This document shows, in pieces, positions 1 through 14,028 of a stretch of DNA of 64,000 bases (its first letter is position 1; each line of letters starts with the position of its first letter). The DNA is taken from contig CM082583.2 in the NCBI GenBank assembly GCA_040954595.2, forward strand, positions 4,765,374 to 4,829,373. Reading direction: 5' to 3'. Below the pieces are notes generated by a model. The model ran no database searches and had not been told where the DNA came from. It saw nothing but the letters and a program-made list of their open reading frames with translations. A program made the position numbers and the translations under genes. The stretch is from Balanoglossus misakiensis (taxonomy: Eukaryota > Animalia > Hemichordata).

Positions 1-532
1 GTGAAGAAATGTCTCGTTGGGAGGATACCGTATTAACAGCCACTGATGAATCAATACGCACAGATTGCAAACAGCAGGAAGTCAGTAGTAATGACAATTT
101 TTTTTAAAACTAAACCACGAATATCAGGGTTTTCTTGGAATCCCCCATTTCAAAGATGATGGCACATTGTCAGTGTTACTGATAAATCTTTTCCCTCAGC
201 CCCCAAATATCAATTTTTGTAAAACACAATTTTCTTGTAATTGCGTTGGGAGAAGTTGATTGTGCAGGAAGCAGGTCACATTGGGCCTGGAGGGGGGAAA
301 CTATGTTCAACGGGAATCGTTAGCAATATGACCTGTGTTGTTGACTGTGACAGTCTTCGTTTCATTTTAACACAATCTTTAACTTCCGCTTTCACTTGTG
401 ATGCATCCCCCATCATTGTAGGAAACCTCACAAAAAAACAACCTTTAATGGTTGACGTCGGAGTTTTCAGGGTGAAGTTTTTTTTAACCCCATACAAGTT
501 GCATGTTCACGAGGAGTTGTGGCATCCTTTAA

Positions 533-717
533 AGGTACACGGTCACCTGTGGAAAATTAGATACAGTTACCATGGCAAATTGAGATCTAGCCAATCACAG
601 ATTTTCAGTGGGTGACACACGGGGAAAAAAGAGCGCCACAATATGTTCTGCAGAATGCTCAAATACGCCATTTCAGCCATATATGGTTGTATGTAAATTG
701 TAGGTGACTGTATACCT
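533..717. mobile_element. Kolobok-type MITE, copy 1
   Basis: TTAA at 529-532 and 718-721; TIRs aggtacacggtcacct / aggtgactgtatacct with purine-purine termini. Confidence 0.8.
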
Positions 718-3700
718 TTAAGGTCGATATGATATACAGTCGTTTGATCTGTGAGAATGTTGGGAGGGGGGGGGGGGGGGGTGTCGGCAAAATTACAGCT
801 CTCCTGTCATCTACATCTTTTTTTATCTGCCACTTTGACACTGAACACAGTACATGTTTTACAGTTTAGTATTAACATCTCTCCATTACATTTAGCTCCA
901 GATACTGAAAACTTTGGTTCCGCCCTTGTGCACGTGACCTACTTGTCATATTTCTAGTCATTTTATGATATTGATTTTACCAGCTGTGATCAGGTCATGC
1001 CAGGTTATCATGAATTCACAGAACGTGTTTGGTATCAGTTGTGAAGGATATGAAAGCAGTGAACACTTCACCCCTATTGCAGAGTAGATGGGTCCTGCTT
1101 ATACTGACTGAAAACAATGCAGGTTACACCAAGGGCTGAGACTGTTTGGTTGTCTCTTCTACATGATACATGTACAAATATACATGCACCCAAGGCTTGT
1201 AAAAACTTTCCCTGTTGCGAGTTTTTAGTTAGGAATCCGCGTCCCACAATCTCTTAACGACATTTCATTTGCCAGGTTCTCCCCAGGCACTGGTCATGAT
1301 AAATTCAAAACATATGCCAGAAATCGTCTATAATCACAATTTAATGGCGCAATTTTCTATCTGGACTGATTGCACCACATAGCCTAGAGTTCATAATCTG
1401 GCAGAGTAGCAGTAAGGGAAACTTTTTTTTCGGATTTATAGGCGAGAGACACCGTGGTACGCTAAATAAACACGTAGCGCCTTCTTTGAGCGTATACTGC
1501 CACGTGGAGAATTCTGCGACATCCACGGGGATGACGTCACTGTCGCATGTCGGGCTGAATGCATCTCTCCTGATGAGAACGTCCCGAACATAAAAGGGTT
1601 TTCTTTTGCAAGTCCCTACAGCAAAGAAAGACAGCCCCCTGTCTACTGCACGGAAGACAAATTTGAATATTAGGAAGAGAGCCCAACATCTTGCAGGCAT
1701 GTGTGGTGTGACAAAAAATGTAAATGTTCATTCAGAATTCTCGGCAGATTTTCTTGCCATTTATTCACGTTTCCACGTGCGGCGATACAATGGGATTTCT
1801 ACTTTGCTTTAGCGCCGGGTCCTTGTAAAAATGCTTGAATACTTTCGTGAGAATATACACGCTTCATTTGAAGATCTTTCTTGACGACTCTTAATTTACA
1901 ATTAGCTCGTGGGGGATGAGATATTGATTTTTTTTTTTGTTAAACTGAAGTGAAATGGTGTATTTAGAATTCCAACCATCAACACCAGCTCCTCTGCTAC
2001 AAACACAACGAAAAATTCTGACCCCAATTTCGCATTTGATGGGGGTTGTGCTGTTGCGATTACATGACAACAACAGAAAAAAACCACAAACCCAGACTGC
2101 ATCTCCTTCACTCGGCGAACATTGGAAGGGACAGAAATAAAGCTATACAGCTCGTTCACAATTGTGAGTCTCCAAAAACCATACACTGGGAATGAAAAGT
2201 TCGGTTCCCGGAGGTACGACAACTCGCTTCTCAAGTCACACTTTGGTAAATGTAGGCAATTCCCACGATTTGTGTCTGTCTCATTATAGCAGATGCGGAG
2301 AATATAATACAGTAGGCTTTTCTGTGTCTCCAGGCTACAGCCAGCTCACCATTCTCTCGAAGAAGTTTTTTTTCTTTCCTTCAGAATTGATACTAGTAGG
2401 TGCTGGAGGTGCTACCATTCATAGGCGAGAAGAAGAAAAAAAAACTATCTTATGAATTTTTCATCATCATAGTGATACGAGTGATGGAAAAATACCTGAA
2501 TGTACTTTGAGTATCGGTATCTCTGTGGATGAAATAACCCTACAAAATTACCATCATACACAACAAAATACTCGGTTGAAGTCTGCCGAGAAGAAACAGA
2601 GTGCTATTGAAATGTAGTAACATTTTAATCTAAGAATAATCTTTTCACTCAATTTGCAGTGGCTGTTGTGGGTTTACTGGTAACAGCATGGCGTTTTTTT
2701 TCGGCTTTGACAGAAATTGAGGGAGTAATGTAAGATGGGAAGGGACATAATAGGAAAGTTTTACAATGTCATTTTTCGAGCTTTGAAAAAAAGACTGGAT
2801 TTGATGACAGCATATATCCGTGTGGGGGTCTCACGAATCTCGATTCTGTGCATGAGTATTTCCTAAGCTCTCGTCCATTTAGCCCAGAGTACATCTAAAT
2901 TGGCGGGGATGGCATTCACGCGAGAGAGATGCGGCGGAATTCAAGAGAGAGAGAGAGCTATACCACTGGTTTTTGAAGCCATCGCCGTTTGTTTCCGTGA
3001 CTTCTTCAGCTGCGAATGCCGATGAAAGGAAGCGAGTCGAACCCACTGTTCCTGCGCATCTGCCCTCACAATTAACGCTTGTTACCCTTGTTGGGGCACA
3101 AAAGCGCTTGTCAAATCAAGCAGGCGTCGCTATTCAGACTCATGCCATTGTCAGCTGTACGCAGAGATGCTCTTTGACACACTGTGGTTTCGTGAAACTG
3201 TGTGGCTTGTGGGTTTTTCATTTTTTCTTTTTTTTTAAATAAAAAAAATGTTCAGTCAATGAACACATTCACAGACTTGCACCTAATGCCCGATTTCATT
3301 GGAAATTTTCATGTTTGAAACAGATGGAGGAAAGAGGCATCTTTTCAAATGATTATACATTCATATTTGTGATCTAAGAACTCCCAGAGCTGGATTTATA
3401 TCAAAGTCATCATGTTTAAGACTTATGTGTTTCTTCATCACATTCTTTCCCCGATCAAGAAGAGAAAAATCAAAACACAGCTCAGACAAGACTGACACTG
3501 ACACTGAAGGCGAAGATTCCCGAAGTATTATCTTCTGATTGTCACGCTGTTGTCAACATGATTGGCAGTTCCGAAATAATGAACTTAATCTTCCGTCCAT
3601 TCTGATAAAAATGCAGTTTTCAAAAAGGAAAAAAAATATTGTAATTCACATGGCATTTCAACAGACAGGGAATCAATGTTTCAGTGTTCAATTGCAAAAG

Positions 3701-6297
3701 GGGCTGAGCTGAATGGGATTACTGCAGAGATCGGGTTGGTCGCAATTAACCATTGATTAAATAATGGGAAGACGGACTATAGGTGCGCGGCTCTCGTGGC
3801 TGTGGGTTTATGAGGAATTAAATTATTTTCTATGCCTGCTGATGAACTTTGTTGACTGCACGACGCCAGAAACACAAAGCGATGGCAATCCAAGTACCTC
3901 TGACAGCTAGCCGTCAGTGTGTGTGTTTTATTTTCTTAGGGACAGGCTGTCTTTTGACTTGAAAGTGACGGCAAAGACTCAAGGCTAACAGTCATATTCG
4001 CCACACAGTATGGATTTGTAAATATATGACAGGCTGATTATTCTCAAATTGTGTTTAGGGGCCTGACAATAAATGACAAATTCATGTGCAAGGATCCTCA
4101 GTATATCTGACCCGAGTACTGGCAGTTTTCCCCGGAAGCTTGATCCAAAATGTGCAAAACAACAAAAATATCACAGAAGCGTGTCGAGCTCGGATGTCTG
4201 TAGGTTTTACATTAGCACTGGCAGCATGCAGTTGGAAGTTGTCCGGCTAACAATTTTTGTGAAACGAGACACTCACTGGAGACCAAATATCTCGTCCGCT
4301 TTTTCACTCTAATCTCTTTTTGATGCATGATATTATGTACAGTACGTGATAATGGTAATGTTTGCAACAAAAAATCTCAAACTGTGACTTTTATTTGCTG
4401 GAACAAAACCGTCACTTTGACGACAATTGGGCTAACTTATGCGCTGCAGACTTCACTCACGGGTCTCTGTTAACTGAGAGTTTACACGCGGAGAGTGAAA
4501 GACGAGAAAAAAAAACCACTGCAGTGGCCCAGCAGTTGCTATGTACCTACGCACGCTTAGAAAGAATGTTCAGATTGAGTTCAAAAGTCTGTGCAATGAA
4601 AAGTCTGAAAATGTTTTCACTTTTTCCCTTTTCTATGGAAATGTCTTATTTTTGCCAGGGAATCAATGTGAGTGGGAAAGGTTTTGAAGAACACAAATGA
4701 AAATTCTTTATGCAACTATCCACAACACAGAATTGACAGCTTGTTAAAACAGGAGTCCTGATCTGCAAGCGGTCTCACAGCAGATTCCATTTTGCTGGAA
4801 ACGCCAGAGCAAAACAACTTCACAGCATTTGCAGATTTCACCATGGGAAGACCAGGAATGTGATGAAATTCCCGCACAGTTTCCACTCAAAATAAACGCC
4901 ACAAAAAATACACATTTCTCTATTGTCAGTAGGGCCTGAGAATTCGTCTTCCATTTCAAAGTCAGAGACTACCTGATGAACGCATTATCTTTCGAGTTGG
5001 TACCGAAAGCTCTGTGCAATCTGCAGCCACCCATACACAAACTCCACTGCCACTCGACCAATCACTGCGATGACTACACAGAATATTTCCGCCCTGTCTT
5101 TGAAAATTTCCGAACAGATGGGAGGACGCTTGAAGGTATACACAATTTACAAACCGTTTTTTTTTTTCCTTGAGAAACTTCTCATGGAATCGGTCTCCGC
5201 CTCTGCCGCAAGACAAGTAGACAGCGATGCATCTGTTGCATGGGCGTTTCCAGTTATTGCTGCATCTGTTAAAAAAAAGTAACGAAACTGTTGTCTGAAC
5301 TCTTGGATACTTTTTGCAGGGGTGGGGGGCCAACACTACTGGAAGGATAGACTGTCTACTTCAATCACAGCTTTCTGCTTTGCAATCTTGTGTTCTTAAA
5401 GCCATTACACTGACACGCTGGGCGTTTTCCTGTCTAGCCAATATGTCCTGCCAGTTGACCGATGAATTTCTCCACATTTATTCATTCCCAAATTCCACTG
5501 CAGGAACATGCCAAATCCAGGCGATGAATGCAATCTGTGCACTGGTATGAGTCTACTTTAAGAAAAAATTGTCAAAAACATCACAAATTTGTGCGACAAG
5601 ACAGTCAAAGGTAAATTGTTGTTACTTTCCTGGAAGTTTTAACCCTTTCTACATAGCTTCTTACAATGAGTATGTGAATGTGTGTACTACAAGCTTTCAT
5701 TCAGAGTGCATCAGTTCTGACAAACAGCATTTTTTTTGTACTGCAACCTAACCCCTCCCCTAGGCTTCCTCTCCCAACCCCAAACTGCCATCCCCCTGAC
5801 CAAGCACAATATAATTTTAGGCTCTACCCTCTACCTCAACCACAGTTGATCAAAATCCAATTGTTTTAAAATAAAGTTGGACCACTAAAGAGCATAATGA
5901 GGGCTAGAGGGTTGAGCTGCTGTTCCCCACCACACCCACACTGCCCTTTTAGCTGGGGCCGAACTACATGGATACCTATACATGTTGATCAGCTACTGAT
6001 ACATGACATCACATGATCAGTGATGTCACATGATCAGTGATGTCATACCAGAAAGAGCACAGTCACATGACTCTTAGTCCCCAAGCCCTGCCAAGGCACC
6101 CTTCAATTCACTCAAAAGTAATTGTGAATCTTTCTGCCGAACAAACAGGCTGGAATTAAATTAAAGCAATTTCCCCCAGACAAAAAAATACATAGGATGT
6201 CAACGTATATATCCCTAATCTGTCTTTCAAATTTCAATCACAATTCTTGGAAATAGGTTAATGAAAAAATTTATCTTCTGCTTATAAGTCATCTTAC

Positions 6298-6381
6298 TGT
6301 GGATGCAACCACGCTCCAACCAATCCTCCAATTCCAGTGTGTCACTTCTAAGGGTACACAAGACAATTCTCATGTGTTAAC
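6298..6381 (-). ncRNA. Putative non-coding exon of the divergent transcript (84 nt)
   Basis: On the - strand: gttgcag acceptor, ACA|gtaaga donor; stops in all three frames; separated from the previous exon by a 98-nt intron. Confidence 0.35.
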
Positions 6382-6479
6382 CTGCAACATATTTCTGTAC
6401 ATAATTTCCCTGCTATAAATGAGAATGGTAGGTAAATCAGTAACAGATTACAAGATCAACAAAAAATCACAACACTCAC

Positions 6480-6549
6480 CCAACAGTATAGCAGGTGTTT
6501 TCACTAGAGGTGTAAAATTCCCCTCTTCAATTCTTCAAACGCAGCACAC
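6480..6549 (-). ncRNA. Putative non-coding exon of the divergent transcript (70 nt)
   Basis: On the - strand: branch actaat, tttctgtgcag acceptor, TGG|gtgagt donor; stops in all three frames. Confidence 0.45.
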
Positions 6550-9500
6550 CTGCACAGAAAGTGTCAACATGCAGATTAGTCCATGTGCGTAAAATCAAAT
6601 CAAACTGACACTCTGTAGTCACTTCATTGCAAATATTGAACTAACCCAGGCCGATCAAACTTGAGTGAAGTAAGTGTATGCATGCAGTGCTTGAATGATG
6701 GTGTGTGAAGGCAAGTCTTGGAGCAGGAGGAATTGGCAGATATGACAGTTACCACGAGTGGAGTCTTCACATGTACTGATAGAACCAACAGGACTGATCT
6801 GAGCATGATGAGCAGCTGAACAAATATGGAGGTCCATTTAAAAGTATCAAGTACAGAACGATATGTATTAGAACCCATCCTGTTAAATCTATACATGTAC
6901 ATCATAGTCAAATCAAGTGTGATTACAAGTCAGATATTGCCCCAATGAAGCATCAATGGAACATCAGCTATCTGTACGTCGGCATCACAAAATCAGATGA
7001 TTAATAGTAATACATCCAGATACATCAAAACATCCTCAAAGAACAATTAAAATTGAGGAGGGGGGTTCTATCATAATCTGTTACATGCCCATTTTTCACT
7101 CTCATGCCATGACAGTCATTCATCACAAACTCCCTGACAAGAACATTGTTTACAAAGAATATACCTTTAATAATTAGTTCAATATGCCAGCATAGAACGC
7201 ACTGCACTACCCCCTCCCATTAATTGCTACCCCCCCCCCCCCTTAACACATCAGCAATACAGTATACACACTGTGACAAATCATGTTGGATTACAACCTC
7301 ATTCAGAATTGGTGCATAAATCTGGATTATTATACTTTCATCATGTAGATCTACAGCCGCTTCCAAAAGAAATTCTTGTAATTAATCATTGAGGGAATTA
7401 TGGAAAGATTATCTAGATGGCTTTGTAACATTCAAATTTGTTCCATGTACATGAACATATTTTTTTTTAAAATACCACAAGTACATAATGAAACTTCTCA
7501 AGGAGATAGCATTAAAATTGTTTTTGCTTGAAGAGCTTCATGAAAGTTGTGTCTTTTAGAATCATAGGAGGGGTATACCAGTACCTTGTTTTTAGGGAAC
7601 ATTTCATAGAGAAACCTGTTCACAAGAATTGCAAGAGAGGCATATTTCTACAAAAAGGTCACAGGGTCAAAAAGTAGTGATCCTATTTGTAAGTGTTAAC
7701 GGACTCGCTGGTATTTATCTGAGCAAAAACCTAATTATTTCCTGTGAAGCCTGTCGCCCCACCATTCTGCCAAATCAGTGAAAAGTGGTAGAGAGCCCTT
7801 GTTTTATTACATAAGCTATATTTTCCAACCTGGCATGACTTATAATCTACAAGAAATTGTAACATATTTGTTCCCAGCTTGGCAGTTTGACTACCCCTAA
7901 AAACCTACCGAGGCATTGTGGGGTCACTCACAGTCTCACAGAGTCACTTGGCTGACTGATATTAGACAATACATGTACTGAATTCCACTGACTCGGCACG
8001 ATATTATAGGCCTCTGCATGACAGATTTGAGGGTAGCCTGAAAATCAATATCATTTCTACTGGCCAATTGCAGAAAACAGATTTCAAATAGCTGACTGGC
8101 AGCTCTATTGGATAGCATCTCAAAACAAAGACACATGTACATGAAAGGGGCTTGAGAGATGAAAAGGAATGATGGAAAATGGACACGAATGAGGATCATG
8201 AAAAAAATGATGCATATATATTATACCTTACTCAGAGGGATATGGTTGGTTTTCTAAGTATGTGAAAAGGTTCCAAAATACAAGGTGGAAAGTACAATAG
8301 AATTTCACGGGTAATTGCCAGAAATAGCCAGAAAATTGCTGAAAGAGAGATTCGAATTAGGCTAGGTGTTTATACCCAATCTTACATCTAGCATACGGTT
8401 AACCACGTCTGACAGAAATGAAATGCTCGAGGTAAACCGGACTACGGAGTCCAATCTGTGAGACTCTCTATTGTGAGTTTTGACTAGTGGGCAGGGACTT
8501 CCATTTTAAAAGCCAGACTATTTTCCGACTGCATCTTGTTTAGTACAGCGCTCTTTGAAACAAGAACAGCATGCAGCAACTGATAAGCGAGCCACAGATG
8601 GCATAATAATCCATAGGAAATTATACTCTTGAAGGGCAAAAATGCTGAATTCAATTGCTCGGGGTGACATGTGGTTTAGCGAGATACTCCACTAAACTGC
8701 CATGAGAATTGAGATGCTTCTCGGATACAAACCCATGCAGCCATTTGAAAATGTTTATATGTATGGAAAGACGAGTTTTCACTGAAAATTTGATCACAAT
8801 TAAATTAGCCCACAGAATAGTATTTTATCTGTGAAATCTACAAGTACAAGGCATATTTTCTTACATATTCATACATATATATATTCATACATGTATACAT
8901 TTGTATTACATTCTTTGGTGAGTTAGACTAGTTTACAAATTATGAATTATACACAAAGAAGTCTCTTGTTCCAATGAAACAGAGGATGTGTAGCCAAAGT
9001 GTATTCTTGATAAGCAAAAATATATCATGTACTACACTCATCAAAGGAATAAGTAATCATATTTTTACCCAAAACAACAATAATTGGTTATTTTACCCAA
9101 AATAACCAATAATCACTGAAAAGAAAGATTAATATATTTTCAAGGAGTGGCAGTACAGAAATTTTGTCAATAATTCTGATTATCATTTTTGCCAACGGAT
9201 CGTACTCCACGCTTTATGTGTCCCGTAATATTACTGAACACCGTCTCAGAATAACTTGTTGGATAATTAAGTGTAACCAAGTACAGTTTTATGTCATGTA
9301 TTTGGGTGAGAGTGTGAGCCAAAGGGGTGTCTTTAGCCTGGAACAAACACACACACTGTCACACACACACACACACACAGAATAGTGGCTGGGGAATGGC
9401 CAATTTCATTCCCGATTTTCAACACAACCCCCCCCCCCCCACTTAACCCTGGGGTGTGCTGGGGCATTGACTGTTGTATAAAAAATGGACCAGCACTGCA

Positions 9501-10122
9501 GCAAAGTATATTCATGACACATGACACACCATGCAGCAAATGGAGATTATCTATTATGGACAACAACCCTCGAGTTAACCGAGTAAACTCTTGCTGCAAC
9601 AAAAACAAAGAGGACGGAGCAGCAGCCAGCAAATGTCTTTGCTGTTTTCCCCCATGCAGGGCAGGGGGGATATGTCCCCTGTGTTGGATTTTTTTTTTTT
9701 TGGGGGGGGGGGTTCCACTCTGACAAGACAGGAAATGTAATATCTCCAACAAATGGGTGGCATCATTTTAAGGCCCTAGGGTGCCAACATGTCAATAAGG
9801 GATTCCCCCAGGTGACCCATGAAACACTACCACCTGTGGAAACGCAGCTGTACCATTGGGGGATATGCTAATTACCCCCCCCCACACACACACAATCACA
9901 CTGCGTTTCCCCAAGTACTGCATACGTACGTTTTAACTGAATTTCAAACACGCATCCATTTTTCTTTCAGTTTTAGATTTTTGTAGATCCTAGAGACTAG
10001 AATGGCACCCTCTGATGTCACGATTAATTAAGATACTTTCAAAATGTTGATACTTCGACAAGTGTTCAATAGCCACGAACACGTGTGGTGCGCAGTTGTG
10101 ACCGGTTGACCGATGACCTTAC

Positions 10123-10178
10123 CAAATGACCTTCCACACAAACCCATTTTTGTTCGCACTTGTTTTGCAGGATGCGTA
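10123..10178 (-). other. Internal exon of a divergent - strand transcript (contains aacaaaaATGG, MGLCGRSF)
   Basis: On the - strand: branch gactaac, cttgcag acceptor, TTG|gtaagg donor. Confidence 0.5.
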
Positions 10179-10329
10179 CTGCAAGTATCGATTCGTGTTA
10201 AGTCAACGGCATTAATCTATCAAACAAAGTTAGATTGACATTAGAGAAATATTTCCGGACTAAATAAACCGTTCAAATTGAGAAACCTACACCCACCAAT
10301 ACATTTCAATGTTGTCATCACCAGCTGTA

Positions 10330-10690
10330 GTTTCGGTTTCGGGACAAAGACATCATCTGGTCGCCGCCATTTTGTTTTCTATCCCATGATTCTTATTTTA
10401 CCCGAGTTAATGACCACCCGAAAATAAAGGTGCGATAGCGCACTGTTGTCGGAACAGAATTAAGGGGTTAATACTGACATGAAACGGCCCTGGAGGCAAC
10501 AATTTTAAATCGTAGAACTGCTATATCTGTTTTAACAAGTAAATAAATTGTTCTCTTCATAAAATGAAAACGTCGACTATATATAATGTGGATGGGTACT
10601 AGGTTGTTAGGGTACATGGTAAAGAATCCCTACCACGCTTCCCTACCCTTTCGCCGGCGTGTATAAGGTAACGTCCGTTTCCGGATGCTT
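10330..10690. promoter_or_regulatory. Probable bidirectional promoter
   Basis: Local CpG enrichment, YY1-type CGCCGCCATTTTG (10362-10374), TATATATAA near 10578, ETS-like TTCCGG near 10679, outward-facing donors on both strands (+ AAG|gtaacg after 10667; - TTG|gtgggt after 10297), and an apparent switch from A/C-rich to T/G-rich sequence across it. Confidence 0.55.
10600..10667 (+). other. Putative non-coding first exon of hnRNP K (start approximate)
   Basis: Donor AAG|gtaacg followed by T-rich intron-like sequence; a matching acceptor exists at 29603. The junction is inferred, not observed. Confidence 0.4.
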
Positions 10691-13600
10691 TTTTGTCGTT
10701 ATTTTGCTCATGTTAATAACCTACTGTGAGATTTTCGATCAGTTACTGCTAGGGCATTATCTTACCTACATATTTGAACATTTATTTCCACGACAAGTGC
10801 CCCCTACCGGTAGAAACAAGATCACGAGACAAGCACGTCGTCATTGATTTTGTCGCGTAGTGCAAGTTATTTCAATATTTGTAAAATTTGCAAATGATCG
10901 AACGACCCAGTTTTTTGTTTGTGCTGGGAAATCGAATGTTACGCACTTTAGCGTGTACAGTTCCGTTCCTTCTTTAGGGTGTTCTGGCCTGTAAAACGCG
11001 GCGTTTATTTTTGCACAGTGTGCAAGTCACGATACTCGATAGAGAAACCCTAGCTCTGCGTGTATTTCACATACATGTACGTATGCTAATTAGTCCAAAC
11101 ACAAATCCGGGTCGCAGAAATTTTCAAGGAAAATATTTTTTTACAAATGCGACATCTGTGCTATCGCAGACTATCACTTTAATTGCGTGGCTCGCCATAA
11201 GTTCTGTGTTCCTAATTCCTGCACTTTATAAAATAAGTGTACAACATCTTAACAGGAAGTGAAACTGTACAGACAGGTCAACTTGACCTAGCAGTTCTTG
11301 CACTTTGCACTTTTAATGTGCAAGTTTATACAATTGGCTAGTCGGTGCAAATTTAGTTGCACATGTATTTTGTCACCTTTTCTTCTCAAATATGTACTGT
11401 ATATTTTTCATTCTGTAATCATTTCGGTTCTGTGTGGAGAGGTGTAGTCTTGCAAATGGACTGATTTCAACATTTGACCTAAATGTTGAGATACTTCCTT
11501 GTAGACATAAATGCCTCTTGTTCCAAACTTTGGGCAGGAATTCACATGCATGTACGGTATAATCATGGAACTGTACAGGAAAGCATTTCAAATATATCTA
11601 CAGTATATTTTGATTAGGGATGTGTGCAGAATGGTAGGTTTATACTCCAGTGTCTGTACACGTATTTTGACATATCAGTAGTGGTGAAATTTATATGCAA
11701 GCGAACTACTGTAATTATACAAGTACAGACCATTTTGTGCAGCAAAGTAAAGGTTATATAAGCAAGTGGAAAATGGCTACCTGTATCATTGTCTCTTTTA
11801 ACCTTTGATCTTTTCATAAATTTCTGTGACAGGATTTGTCATGGAAAATTATGAGCTGGAAGATCAATGTACCGCATAAAGTACTTTGATAATTAGTGTT
11901 AACTTTTCACAGAATTGGTCATTATTACTATTTTCATTAAATTTCAACATGCTGATGATTGTGGATCAAAGTTTATTTTGTGTAATAACACAAAGGAGAG
12001 TGGGCAGTTGCATCTGGTGATGGGTGTAACAGGCCATTAAATAAAAAGGGGGCAGGTATTTTCCTGTCTGAACAGGTCAACATTTTTGGGCAGGCAAGAG
12101 AAGAAGAAAAAAACATTTCGAGTCTGCAAAGATTTTTCAAGCAGATTCACTTTTGAGATATCTGAAGAATGTTCCAAAATGTATGCATTGTAGATATCTG
12201 CTTTATCTGGATTTACTTATCCATAAATCTGAGAATTAGTGGATTTGCTCCTGGTTAGAGTCTTCTGTGACAGTTCCTGGATTGCTGATAGTAGAAGTGT
12301 TCCTATTCATCCTGACAGCTCTCAGTTTATCGTCAGATCTTGTTTTAAATATTTGTGGGTTTGGCTTGCAGACCAGCATATCACACTTCTCCATATCAGA
12401 CATTGATCTGCTTCAAGTTTAATCCCTCAGCTTGGTATTCTTATGTTTCATATGTTTGTGTACAACATTGAAGAATTTCTTGTAGTATTTGTTCACTGTT
12501 ATTAGGTTGATTTTCAAAAAATGGTCTGCTAGGCAATCGTGAGTATCTCTGTGTATATAGTTGTACTTTCTACCCATCATAATCACTGTGCTTTCTGTAA
12601 GCCAATATGACACGTCACTTGCACAAAAAAATATTCTCTGTGACGTGAAAATATCACATGGCATTTAGAGAATGATGCAAAGTAGTTTAATGTAAATCCT
12701 GGAATATACTCGCGGTTTCACAGAATTCATTTGTTAATGAAACACAGATCATCACAGTAATTGTTTGAAAACAGATGTACATGTACTTGTCAAGTGGTTA
12801 GGGGAATTGCAGTGAACACATGTTTGATTTTGTTGCAGTATGAAAATTCTCCAGAAGTCATAATTATATTGTGTATATTTCACATTCGGCTAATTTACAG
12901 AGAGGTGTCTGCTTCTAGTGCTAGTCATGCTTCAGTTCAGTCAATTAGGGAAATCAAGAATTTTTTTTGCAGTTTTTCTGCATTGTAACTTGTTTGGTCA
13001 ATAGGAGAATAGAGGTCGATTTAATTTTAATATCAAACGATTTCTAAGAAGTCAAGCACCATATTTACAGTAACACAATTCGTGGATAAAGGCTGTGTGA
13101 ATTTGGCCAAATTCCAGATGGCAGTCATATAATTTTGGTTTCACTTTGTGTTTAGCCTCTTGTCCAACCATTTCCTGGCTGTGGACAGCTAATTGGTTGG
13201 ACAAGTTGGTGATTTGGAGGTGCAGACAAGTTCCTACATACAAACCAAAAAATAACACACAATGCGTGTGGCAGTGTGCCTTGTAAGCCATTATGGCGCG
13301 CCGCTGAGCCAACAAACTCACTGGTGACTCAAGTAAATTATCAACACTACATGCAAAGTTATAGGAAATCAATTTTGAAGTGCTAGGCTTTGGGTGATAC
13401 AAGTCTCAGAGCCACCTTCACCTGTTGAAATGTTGTATAAGTTTCTTTTACTGCATATCTGTTGATATTATCCACATCCCTGTGTTGATGATGGATATTA
13501 CCACGGCACATATGACGTGCTTGATGGAAAAGGAATTGCAGTAGAGATCAAGGGTTATTTTTCAATTGTTTTACACTGTGCTAACAGTGGGTTGGCCCAG

Positions 13601-13933
13601 TGTTAGCTACATCACCACTGTTCATGTGGCCTTTGCCATTGTTGGGTGTAACCCATGCTTTTGTTTATGAATTTGTGTGCTAATATGATGACAGCAAGGT
13701 GCTAGATTGGGCTACCCAGAGTGGCCTTGGGTTAGCATAGAGCTGACCCAGTTTGAAATTTTAGTTCTGATCTGTATTGCAGAATACAAACAAGGCCTTT
13801 CTGTTGGCTTGATCTTGGTTTACCTGCTATCATCTTTTCATCTTTTTTGCCTTATTGATTGTCGGCCCTCGAAGAAAGGATTTCGATCTGTTACATTTCA
13901 CTAACAACATTCGGAACACTTTGATCACATGAT

Positions 13934-14028
13934 AAACCACACATCTTTAGTCTGTTGCGAAGAATAATACATGTTCATTTCAAACCACACATCTTAGTCT
14001 GTTGCGAAGAATAATACATGTTCATTTC
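13934..14028. repeat. Tandem duplication, about 48 bp x2
   Basis: aaaccacacatct(t)tagtctgttgcgaagaataatacatgttcatttc repeated with a 1-nt indel. Confidence 0.9.

Noticed and set aside
1651-4952. miR-7 seed matches (GGAAGAC near 1651, 3767, 4846; GTCTTCCA near 4945) suggesting a sponge in the divergent transcript
   Set aside because: No 3' supplementary pairing, not in predicted exons, and the same 7-mer is scattered elsewhere in the window.
4960-5020. CTGATGA...GAAA hammerhead-like cores (also near 1571 and 3839)
   Set aside because: Stems I, II and III cannot be formed.
8232-8338. - strand exon completing a 43-aa hydrophobic micropeptide (MGLCGRSFAIFWLFLAIT...)
   Set aside because: T/C-rich sequence open in two frames by composition; the junction is unsupported, so it is not called as CDS.
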